A stretch of DNA of 64,000 bases from Paramecium tetraurelia (lineage: Eukaryota), in contig CT868518.1 in assembly GCA_000165425.1 (NCBI GenBank), forward strand, positions 374,900-438,899, in the 5' to 3' direction. The notes under the pieces were generated by a model. That model ran no database searches. It saw only the letters and a list, made by a program, of their open reading frames with translations, and was not told the origin of the DNA. This document shows, in pieces, positions 51,462 through 64,000 of this stretch. Numbering within the stretch: position 1 is the stretch's first letter; each line of letters opens with the position of its first letter. A program made the position numbers and the translations under genes.

Positions 51462-53371
51462 ATGGGTTAATCGCAATCCCAAAATTTAGAATAATCACGT
51501 ATGAGTGTTCCAAAAATCAACTAATTACAATTTTGGAAATCAGTGAATGATATTCGTTATGGTGAAATCAAAGTCTACAAATTAAATGATGGTCATGCAG
51601 TTGCTGTAAAAGATCACATCTTTCAAGACGAGGGATAATGGCATCTCTTTCGAGAACAAGCAGAATAATAAATGTAATCTAGATAGAAAGATCTATTCCT
51701 AATTGAAATGCTGGATTTATAATTTATCACGGAAAAAGAACTATGCACTCAAATGACTTAAGCACATAGTGTATATGAGTATTTTGATGAATACTTGGAA
51801 AGACTTCTTGTAGAACAAGCTGCATCTAAGCAACATTTTGAAGAAATAGAAATAGCTGCCATGCTACATTGTACTGTATTATCTTTATTAATTTCATTCT
51901 AGTTGGTAGCCATCTAAAAATTGAGTATTCAACAAAAGTCTCATGGAGACATTAGACCGCTTACCGTAAGTGTCACGTCATTTCCTAAAAACTGTCCAAT
52001 CCGATAAAATGAACCCTATCCTATTTATAAATTAACCGATGTTCAATAACTAACAGACTTAAATGCTTTCAAAAGATGTGTTACTAAATAATTAGGGAAC
52101 TATAATTTAAGTCCTGAATAATTGCAATTTCTCAAATAAAAAGTGCTTCGACCCACTTACGATCTTAACAAATCTGATGTATTCAGTATTGGTTTGACTG
52201 CCCTGTAGATGGCAATCCTCAAAAATATCAACGATATTTATGACTATACTCATTATTTACTTAGCACAGAAAAATTAGATGCGCACATAAGAGAAATGAA
52301 AACACTCTATAGTGAACAATTGTGTTCTATAGTGTGTTAATTATTGTAATTAGCTCCTGAAACTAGACCTAATTCAAGACAGGCCAATGATCTGTTGATT
52401 GGTTATAAATTTCAACTTGAAGATTATTTCAGAGTATTTTGTTCATCCTATTAAGTAATCAACTATTTAAGAAAGCTTACCTAATTATTCTATTGATTTT
52501 AGATAGCAAAATAGTAATCAAAAATTAGAGTAATAAGTGGTTAGCAGAGTTGTAGACACTACTGATATTTATGAACAATTAGAACTACTGGAATAAAGAA
52601 CTAAAATAGCACTTCAAAGAAGTTAGGATGCTTAAAATAAGTGTCAAAAAACACCAGGCAAGTAATTAGACTAAACCAGAAGTTGTTAATTATACAGCAA
52701 TTTAACTCCCATTACCTAATAAGAACTCTAGTTGTAATTGAGTGATTACAAACAAGATAATATAAATCAATAGGCTACCTACTACAATTAACAGAACAAC
52801 TATCCAAAACACGAAATTAATCAATTTTAGATCCAGGAACACGAACAATATCAATACAATTAATTAGAAATTGAAGATAAACCTAAGCAAAATGTAGTAG
52901 AATAATTGCCTCCTTCAAATATACAAGTTATAGAACCAAGACCAATAACTTACAATGAAAATATAATTAAATAATAATAATTAATTGAGTCCATTAATAC
53001 TGATTAAACAAAATCGTATTAATATTCTCAATAGTATCAAAATCAATCAAAATATTAACAACAATAATATTCTTAATAATATCAAAATCAATCAAAGTAT
53101 CAACAATAGCCAAGGTAATCCCAGCTTCTTAGAGATTAAGAATTGACCAGATAATTGACTGGACAATAGGAAGCATTATTAAACTATTAGTAAGAACAAG
53201 AAAATCACCTGCAGTCTCCTTATTCCTCAAAATAAGATATTCATCATCAATTCGTAGAACACTTTGATTCTAAAAATCAAGTTGGAGTAAGATTATCAGG
53301 CACCTAAGCATAAGTTCAGAGACAATTGACTGGTTCCATAGTGGAAACCAGAAGATCGATTCATTAATGAT
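51462..53371 (+). CDS. Kinase-fold protein, likely pseudokinase, with Q-rich tail
   Basis: MGQSQS; RYGEIKVY..VAVK; HGDIRP; LTDVQQ in place of DFG; YNLSPE; KSDVFSIGLTAL; PETRP. Confidence 0.8.
53026..53109 (+). repeat. Two imperfect ~45-nt tandem copies encoding SQQYQNQSKYQQQ
   Basis: tctcaatagtatcaaaatcaatcaaaatat.. then tcttaataatatcaaaatcaatcaaagtat.. Confidence 0.7.
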
Positions 53372-53443
53372 TAATTATAATGATAATATATAAATATCTA
53401 ATTATTATCAAAAATATTCAGTTGATAGTATTAACTATGAATT

Positions 53444-54398
53444 TCAGAGTTCATTTGGAAGACCATGTAATCTTTCCAAATAATCCATTACTGGAGTACT
53501 TAAGGCTGCTTGAACTATGAATTAAGACAACCTAAGCTACCAACCAGCGTAGTACCCAATCAAACCTTTGTCTTTATAAACCTTCACAAAGGCTTGTGGG
53601 ATAGTTAGTTATTTGTAATTTCCATTTTGTTCCATTTGATAAGCAGTCTTAACAGCATCAAATGGTTAAACCAAAAGGATGTTTGGAACTGCAGTCAGTA
53701 AACTGCACATTGCAATTTAAGGTAAAGTGAGTGCCTAACTGGGATTCTCCTTAAAGAAGTATCTAATCTTATGATCCCAATAGAGGTAATTCGTCCAGGA
53801 TACCACCTACTTCAATACCATAGCCTCCATGCCGGTGTATAAATTTCTTACAAAGTGAGACAATGACCTCTCATTTCTCCATAACTATTTAAGTACTAAT
53901 GATATATTAAAAGTAAGATACTTGATTTTGATTAATGTTGAGTCATCAATTAACACTTAATTCTTTCCAAAGGACAAGTCACAAACGACTCAAATAAGGC
54001 GATTGTTGCCCCTGCCAATCCTTTGTGCAATGCTGGGTGATTCTCTATCCAAGAACTTGGTAAAAGTTCTTTGTAGTATTTGGGTATCAATATCATCATT
54101 GGCCATCTATTGTGTTCATTTTTCAAATTTACCTGTAGTATTGTTTAAACAATTGAATACTGATTTGGGATGAGAAACCAGCAAATACTCCTTTAAGAAC
54201 TCCGTTCCTTCGATATGTATCTTTGAACAATTATTTCATCGATGATTGGGTGCTCTCAGCTTGAAGTAAAGTTTTGAATCTATCAAACACATGATCAATT
54301 GGCAATCCCAGAATTACTCTAGATATACCAATTATCTAGGTTTCTAAGATAGGTTTCAAATATTTCTAAGTGCGAACTTTGTATATAGATTCAGACAT
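53444..54398 (-). CDS. Mitochondrial carrier (SLC25) family protein
   Basis: Carrier signatures: PIDHVFDRFKTLLQ, CPLERIK, QPFDAVKTAYQ; GVLKGVFAG, GLIGYYAGW. Confidence 0.88.
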
Positions 54399-55588
54399 CC
54401 TGATTATATAATAATTAATTAATAAGACGATTGAATTCTGGTTTAATAATTTAGAAATTTATCATTTTAATACGCACTATTTGCATTTGATGGACTGCCT
54501 TTATCATTAATTCATAATCTAATGATGCAACATTGATTATCATTCACACTTTTTTAATTAGATTTTAAATCATTTTATAATATTCCCCATCCATCACCTT
54601 TTTGAATTTCATCCCCTACTCCTCAACATTTCATTATTAAAAACCATAATTGTTTCATTTTCTAATCAGAAAACAAAAAAATCAATCCATCTTATATCGA
54701 TTCAACAAAGAACTACATCACATGTAAATTATAATAATATTTGCCGTATCTTTTCATTCGATATATAATTTTTATTTATAAATTATTATTGTTTTTTTTC
54801 ATTGCCCAATCATCTTATTTCCTTTAAACAGAAGAACAATTAAAGAATAGAAAAATTTAAATATTATGTATGATTATGATGATTTATTTATTCTCTATTT
54901 CTATGCAATATTATTGTGTATCGGAAAGTGTTTCTATTCAAATTTTTGAGTGAGATACAGGTTGCTCATTAAGTAAGTAATAACAATGTTTGCAGATTAA
55001 TTATTATAAAAATAAACTAGAATGATTATGTTTTATATTAACACTTAATGAACGATATAGAAATTATAATCTGAGTTAAAATTCTTTAAATAAATTGATA
55101 ATTCCTATTTCGAGTCCTTTTTTCATGATAACATAATTCCTTTAGGTTGTACTTGAACTATTAATTCTGCAAAAAAATTGTAGTTTACATATTTCTTTAT
55201 TTTATTTTGAATAACATAAAATGAAACTACTCAATTATTTTTCATTTCTATATTTTAATTTATCTTTACATATGAATTAAAACATCAAACCTATTGCTGC
55301 AATCTTTATTGTAATGAAAGAGAAGGCATAGTTATTAAAATTTTAGATTTAATAGGATTGTTACTAATTAAAGCTTAATCTATCTTTGTTTTAACAATTT
55401 TAAATAATATAAAAATATATTTATTATTACAAGCTAGCTTTTTTTTTACGAAAATAGTGAGTTGTAAGTAGCAATAGAAAAAATTCAAATAAATACTCAT
55501 AAGGATTGATTGATATAATGTTCAAATAATTTTGATTTGATGCATTATTAAGAGTATTCAGTTATAAAAAAAAGAATTAATTTTATAA

Positions 55589-56330
55589 ATGAAAATTGCC
55601 TTTTTTTAGTGAGCTTGGTTGTTATAAAAGGAATAGAATTTGAATCATTTTAATAAGCTGTCAATTTGATCCAGAATCTATAGGTTCTCCTAATGCAAAA
55701 CAGATGATGAATATAAAAATACTTATGAGGAGTATTGAAAAACAATAATAAAAGATTTTTCCCTTGGATTACAATTTTGGAAAAAGTGAGGTTGAAATGC
55801 AAGAAGATCATAGCGTTCTATCACAGGCGAAAGAGAAGATTATTCAAGCAAGAGAATTTATTGAGAGTCTTGATGAAGGTGAAATATGAATTTGATTCTT
55901 AGAACTTCAATAGGGGCAATAACAAAATAATAATGATTAAACTATTGATTAAGTTTCTTAGGTCTAAGATGTTTAGACAGATAAGGTAGAAGAAGTGAAA
56001 GAGACTGTTAAGAATGAGCAAGTTAAGAGGAGGGTAAGGATGATGAGGATCCTTTTGGGTGGAGATAAGGTGAAATACCTCAACTTTTAGCGCATAAGAA
56101 AGAAAAGCACATAAGAATACTCATGCATTTATTCAAATAATGAATAGAAGCAAATTAACAAAGTTCAAGAGTGTATGAGCTATTTTTTAAGATTAGAAAA
56201 TCAGTAAACTTATTTCTACGGCTACTGAAATGTAGGAGGATCAAAATGATGATGGTTAAAAAAGAAGTTGGAGAAAAATTGAATTGTGTGAGGAAATTAT
56301 AGATGAGTTAATAGATTGATATTATTCTTA
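55589..56330 (+). pseudogene. Probable degenerate gene (secreted-protein-like start, several frameshifts and TGAs)
   Basis: ATG 55589 hits TGA at 55610 unless the T7 run is T8 (giving MKIAFFLVSLVVIKG); more frame changes needed near 55685 and 56025. 3' end approximate. Confidence 0.4.
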
Positions 56331-56817
56331 GAAAAAGTTATGAATGATTATGTAAATTATGTTATGATATGCATTAGGATTATTAAAATGAAATCTATGA
56401 ATTATTTAAGTAAAGGCAACGATAGATTTAAGAAGTTGCAACTAGTTGTAGTTAAAGAGTTATTAGCTATTAGGATGTAAGTTTAATTGAAGAGAAGAAA
56501 TTTTAAGAGAAAAAAAAAATATAACATCAAATTAAATCTAAGAAAAGAAATCCAGTTACATTTGAATAATAACTTATAATTTAGAATAATTTACAAAACT
56601 AATTATAAAAATATGTTTAATAACTGTAGTTTTTTGCAAATCGTAATTGATGATGAAGAAAATTAACAGCATCGATTGGAATACTAAAAATAAATATTAC
56701 AGAGGTAAGAATGTTGGGATTCTTGAGAGTATCAGGAAAATAAGTAAAATTGATATAATGATATTTGATATTTTCGATATTTATATTTTGATGTTTAATA
56801 ATTATATTATTATTTTC

Positions 56818-58296
<1,479 letters not shown>

Positions 58297-58341
58297 TAAC
58301 AATTTTATATTCAAAATTCTTTGCAATTTATATAATAATCT

Positions 58342-58659
58342 TCATCTTCTTCCTTTCCTACTTAAAAAAGCTGTTGTTCCTATTACTATCGGCCATTTGA
58401 TTGGGGCCATGAGTTTGTAAATAATGTATGCTGCCGTAGGTGTACCATATGTTTCAATCTATTCCCATTTTCCTTGAGTGGTATCAAATCCTAACCTAAT
58501 GTAAAATTAAAGATGATACTTTGATCCAACCTATTTCACATCAACTCCCTATCTCAATGCGAAGTAAACGATCCCATAATTGGCTAAGCAGATGGAAAAG
58601 TAAACGGTTATTCCCAATTTGCCATAGGTGGCAAAGAATTATTTTGCTTTTTATTACAT
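58342..58659 (-). CDS. FAM210/DUF1279-family small membrane protein
   Basis: KQFFATYGKLGITVYFSICLANYGIVYFALRQGVDV..AAYIIYKLMAPIKWPIVIGTT; one 24-nt intron. Confidence 0.75.
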
Positions 58660-58796
58660 TTATATTTATATTAATATATAGATATAGAGAGTTAATAGAC
58701 ATAAATAATTTTATTGAGAATTTTTGAAATAGTTTTTGTGTGATAATTTATTTTTAATATTACTAACAATATTATTTTTATCGAATAAAATTATTA

Positions 58797-61657
58797 ATGC
58801 AAGGAAAGCATAACTTTATATTTTCTTTGGATGGAGAGCAAAAATCATTCTTTGTTTCAAATTTAGATGTTGCATCCTTTTGTCGTTTGATTCGATCTGC
58901 CTTTTAGGTTGACAAGACCATAACAGCATTACAAGATGCGTAAGGTAAATGCAATAATATAATAGGAAATATTTGTGATTTGCAATATTTCTGCCACAAT
59001 CTGCATGTTCATAAGGATAAATTCTATGTCATACTGACAGAATAAAGAAAATCTGAAAGGAATAGTAGGAAGTCGCATAAAAGTAAAAATTCGAGAGTGC
59101 AAACAACCGAAGAACCCTCTTATTTAGTTGATTTCGGAGAATTCTTATAAGAAATCCAGCAAATTAGATTTAGGTACATTTGAAGAGTCATCTAGTCCTC
59201 AACATCCAGTTTTAACTATTGTGTTGGTGTTTGACAATGAATATTAGGCTGGAATCTTTGGCCAACCCATAGTAATGAGAATCTATAAAACATTTGCATT
59301 TCTCTAAGCCTATTACACGATAATACAGGAAGATGAATCAGACTCATTGTTATTAACGGTTTTTGAAAATTAAAATCTTAAACACGAAATGGAAATGAAA
59401 ATTAATCATTCAATTGCTGAAGATGTGTGTTATTAGATTGAACAATTGTTATGTGAAGAAGAAGAGCCAGAACCTATATTGTAGGGTAGTTTTGCTACTC
59501 CCAATAGCAATGCAAATAATAATATCCCCTTGATTGTAACTAGGGGAAATGAGAAATAGATTTTATAGGTCGAGGCAAATGACAACTTTCATTCTAGTTA
59601 AGGCAAAAGAACTCATGGGTATAATTTGTGTTAATAAGTGTAATGAGGGTCAAAAAGGCTGTTGAAAAATTTAGAAATCGATTCGAATCCAGAGAATATG
59701 AATACCTCTTAGGATTGATTATCGGTTAAGATCAATCCGTCTTTGCTGCGTATCAACTGTATTAAAAATAGCAGGATGATGAAAACTTCATTAAAAATCT
59801 GAAATTACTGTTGCCTCAAGAGGACAACAACAATCTTTCATTGTAAAATTGAATATTTTATTTAATAGTTAAAACAACCTCAAATTCATAACCAGTCCCA
59901 GTAGGAGTGATCTACATTAATCAGTAAATTTTCCTTATGATTGTAATCCAACTCCTGGTTTGAGATCGTCTGTAACGATAATAGATTAATTACTTAATTC
60001 AGGTGATTTAGATTCAATTGAGACTGGAATGTTGAGAGAATTGAAAATGGACAGTGATTTAGATGATTTGGTCAAAAGTCTCATGGATTACCCTCAAGAT
60101 GTACTATAATATTATATTCCTCAAGATTCTACTCTAAATAATAAGACAGTATTTGCAGAGTCAATTTCAGTAAGAAATTACTAAGAATTTTAATTCTCAT
60201 TAAGTAGAGTATTTTCTTTAAGAAAATGCCAATAAATAAACTCCTATTTATGAAGGATTTCAAAGATTTGGATAAAATGGTTAATTATAAGATCTTTTTT
60301 CATTACTCAAAGAGAATGTAGGGCAATTAGAATAATAATTGAGGGAAGAAAATAGTTATTCCTATTATTTGATGCATAAACGGCGAAAGGATAGTCATGA
60401 CGAACATTTTCATTTCCATTTGAATTTACCATAAATCAATTAATAGGAAGAACGGAAATTGAGTGTCGATTCGATATTATTGGAGAGTAAGAAAGAAATA
60501 AACTTTATTGATAAATATCATGTTAAAGTATTACAAAAATACAGCAATGAAGATTACGAAAAACTTTTTATGACTGTTTATGATCAATGTAGCAAATTCT
60601 GTGATGAACATGAAAAAGCTAAATTACATGGATACTATACAGCTTAAAACCAAAGGTTACTTGAAATATTAGATAAATATGGATAAAGATATGATATAGA
60701 TTGCATTAAATCAGATATCAATGATTTATTGACTTTACAGAATAAAAAAATTGATGATATTCCTTCCCCTACTCATGGAGCTGTCATCGAACCTAAAATG
60801 CATAAATATTAAAATTTCAAATTTATAATAAATTTTTTATACGAAATTGATAAAGTCATCACTTTAAGGTAAGCAAAGGCATTTTATTATTTATATTCAA
60901 TTGAAGATATGTCTGTTATGGCTGCTTATGAAGTATATTGTGAAACAAAAGAACAAGACGAGTTTTTAAATACTCTAAATCTCATATTTAAGGTTTATTC
61001 ATCCTCTTCTAGATTTGACTTTAATGAAATCGAGCAATATGATAGTTTGATTGAACAATAATTAAATATTCTGTTTGCTTACAGAAGATGTTTGAATTAG
61101 GAACAAAGATTGGCATTGGAATAAGTAATAAATCAAATTATATTGTTTAGAACATGATATCATGTGATAATACTCTATTAAAACTCTTTAGGGATTTCCT
61201 TAGATAGAGAGATTAGAGGATATTCATTTAGAAGTTATCAGATTTTGCAAATAGTCAAATTGAAAAGCAAAAAGACAATTAATCAATGGATCCTTACATG
61301 AAAAAGATCGATTAAAACAATCAGCATAAGGATTTGATAAAGGATATCTGCGCAAAATTCTTAAAGACCAAAGTCAAACAAATAGATCTATTGATGGATG
61401 CAATTGACAAGGATAACATTATGATAAAGTCTTCATTGGAAGTCTATGATTATAATTTAGATAAGTAGGATTTAGTAGAAAATATCTAGCTCATATATAA
61501 TTATATTTTGAAATCTAATGTGAAAAGCATTTTGAAAGCAAATCTAATTGAATTGGGAAGATCAAAAACTGATGTAAACATTTAATTATAATCAATAGTT
61601 GACCTACTTATTAAGAAATATTAATCAAGACGAACCCATCCTTAAAGGGGCGTTTGA
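58797..61657 (+). CDS. Large hypothetical helical protein with a thrice-repeated motif
   Basis: Code-6 frame with small introns from MQGKHNFIFSLDGE; repeats of (A/S)(A/S)(Y/L)x(L/V)Y..D..(F/L)..(N/T)(L/I).L(L/I). Confidence 0.65.
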
Positions 61658-61745
61658 ATTGTATTTTTAAACGAAGGATGAAGCAGAACTAAAGGATACT
61701 ATCAGTCGAATACTCAAATTTAGCAATATTTGATTATTATATTAT

Positions 61746-62320
61746 ATGTACAAAGTTGAACTTGTAGATTCATCCGAATTCTAAGATCGTTCAAAATACT
61801 ATAAACATCTATTTCGCACATATTGTCAATGGAGCTTTCTTAAATACTTTGTGTATAGTATAATTTGGTTGATCGGTGGCAGAGTAATAATAATACTATC
61901 ATCTTAAAGATCTCAATTCTTTATTCGATGCAAGGGTTGTATGTAATTCTTACTGGATTCGCACTAATTTTTACAAATTTAGGCACAAGAGAAAAAGGCA
62001 CGTTGAGTGCATACAGCATATTCAATAAAGGATATAAAAAGTTGATGGGATAGATGACTGAAGAAGATGTGGCGAATATGTATAATATGGGTGGAGTCAA
62101 AAAGAAGAACGATGATTATAGTGATGATGATGATGACAAAATCTCCAAAGATTTTGAAGCACTGTCCATGGAGTAGATGATGGCAAAATTAGGTAAGTTG
62201 GGAAATAAACAATGCTTTTGTAATTCAGGCAAGAAATATAAAAAATGTCATTACTTTATACATCAAAGGATTAAATAGTAAGAAGACGAAGAAAGAAGAA
62301 AAGGAATTAAAAAAAATTGA
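61746..62320 (+). CDS. SAYSD1: SAYSvFN-domain (SAYSD1-like) membrane protein with C-terminal SEC-C motif
   Basis: Hydrophobic hairpin then LIFTNLGTREKGTLSAYSIFNKGYKKLMGQMT; later GKLGNKQCFCNSGKKYKKCH; one 26-nt intron. Confidence 0.82.
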
Positions 62321-62932
62321 CAATATTATATGTGATTAATTCTTTTATCATAACTCATGCATTTTATAATTGCAATAATTCTATTTTTTGAATAGAGAGG
62401 ATGCTTTGAATATAGAGCGAATTCATACTTGAGTGGGTTTACAAATACTGTAAATGTCTTTGTTTGCCATGTTTTGATATAGATTCCTTAGTGAATATTT
62501 GTCCTTTGTTCGATCTATGAAGTTAGACGGTTGGTTAGACAAACCATTAGTATTATAATAATGAGAAGAAAAGATATATTTAAGAATATTTCATATTTAT
62601 TTGGAGTTTGAGTAAGCAAATCCAAACAGCATGATGTTTAATTGTAATCCAAAGGCAACTTTTATTATGAAAGATAAAGAAATAATCTTAACGAGTTAAG
62701 ATGCAATCAAGTGATTCAAAATGGGTTATCAGATATTTTTAACAAAAGAATCTCTTCATCAAATGAATTTCTCGATAAGTTTACCTTTGATTCACAAAAA
62801 CAAATATAATTTGGTTTCTGAAGAATCTGAAACTTTTGGTTAGGTGTTATGAATTAATATCATAAATATATTTTCCCCTGCAGTAATATATTAAGTATTT
62901 CATTAAAATAATTAAAAATTTATAATACATTT

Positions 62933-63681
62933 ATGAAATAGTCTCCTCATCTTAAATTGTAGATTATAAAAATGCGTCCCATAGTATGTAACACTGAATT
63001 GGCTTTTATTATTCCAATTAATGAGGAAAAAAAAGTTTCCATGAGTAACAAAGTTAATTCATATCTAGAACGTAAAATGAAAACAAGTAATGAATAAGTT
63101 TAAAATGTACGCTCTAGATATTAAGAACTTTATTATCAGCAAGAATCCAACTTAGAATATTTGTATGATTAATTAACGGAAAGAATGGAAAAATACTCTC
63201 TTTAAAAATAAAAACAATTAGCAAGCAAAGCTAAATAAGCAGGTGATTACAATTTGAAATGGAAAGAAAGACTTTAACAATAAAAATGGTTAGACATTCA
63301 TATGAGTAGGTTTGTCAGCTGAAAGAGAATTCTACTTTTAAGAAATGCAGCTTTAAGAGTTTTAAAGGAGAAATTCCAGAACTAAAAGTTTGGCCTTACC
63401 AAAAATTGAAAACACTAAAAAACTAACAGAGCCAACTCCTATTATTAGAAAAAAAGAATAACAATATTTTGATAAATAGAGAAAAATTATTTATTGTTCC
63501 TATCAAAGGGATTTGAAATAAGTAGAAAAATCATAGTATTCAGATGAAACGATCCTTTGAAATTGCTACTAAACTAGACCAGAATGATCATAGAATAATG
63601 AAATAAAAAACCTTAGACATAAAACCAAAACAAAAAGTGGCCTAAAAACATGATGACAATACGTTTCTTACATATGTTTGA
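62933..63681 (+). CDS. Hypothetical K/Q-rich protein
   Basis: MKQSPHLKLQIIKMRPIVCN.. open in code 6 with at least one likely intron; ends DDNTFLTYV-TGA. Confidence 0.55.
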
Positions 63682-63793
63682 AATCCCTAATTGATTATTC
63701 AATTAACATATTTAAACTTGCAACGAATGTTTACAATTATAATTAATTAATCAATGTAATATATATACATTAATTGCAAATTATCAAATTAGT

Positions 63794-64000
63794 TCATTTT
63801 AAAAATATTGGATTTTTTGATATTTTATTCTCCAGCAAATGGATAAATTCGTTAAGATTTATCTATTTATATGATTTATTATACCATTCCATCATTATCA
63901 GTATCACATTAATCTAAGATTTCTTACCACATTTATTCATCTATTTCTTCATCGAATAGCTCATTCAATTCTTGCTTTGTAATCAACCCATTTTAATCCA
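63794..64000 (-). CDS. C-terminus of an EF-hand protein, probably a calcium-dependent protein kinase (truncated by window)
   Basis: DQNGLITKQEL..MWQEILDQCDTDNDGM/22-nt intron/INLNEFIHLL..-TGA. Confidence 0.75.

Noticed and set aside
54876..55075. ATGATGA ... CTGA pair resembling C/D snoRNA boxes
   Set aside because: About 200 nt apart, no terminal stem or guide seen; expected by chance in AT-rich DNA.
62345..62863. Minus-strand hydrophobic ORF fragments downstream of SAYSD1
   Set aside because: Frames interrupted by TGAs with no consistent intron model; could be a gene or relic but unsupported.

Overview
AT-rich, extremely gene-dense ciliate macronuclear DNA, almost certainly Paramecium. 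TAA/TAG read as Gln and only TGA stops (code 6), introns are ~20-30 nt GT..AG, many intergenic gaps are under 50 bp, and I saw no IES-like interruptions. The supplied ORF track uses the standard code and fragments every gene, so I re-translated by hand. About 40 protein genes: two ubiquitin-specific proteases, TTLL1, ORC1, Kelch, Sec13, NAE1, a CAMK-group kinase, PX, two SNF1/AMPK-like kinases, Nup93-like, PP2C, V-ATPase E, importin-alpha-like, ankyrin, PP1, a cNMP-binding K+ channel, PKG, BCAT, a pseudokinase, a mitochondrial carrier, a thioredoxin-reductase-like enzyme, FAM210-like, SAYSD1-like, a CDPK-type EF-hand tail and several hypotheticals. I found no multi-gene novel system, mobile element or RNA gene that I can support. 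Best leads: a SAYSD1 protein fused to a SecA-type SEC-C metal-binding motif; an 81-aa APC16/Apc9-like microprotein; a high-Mr TrxR with no C-terminal redox tail; a 70-aa protein with CDK and cyclin-docking motifs; head-to-head genes only 19-22 bp apart; apparent 1-nt insertions in PP1 and USP. Family calls are from recalled motifs, not database searches. CDS coordinates span start to stop including introns.
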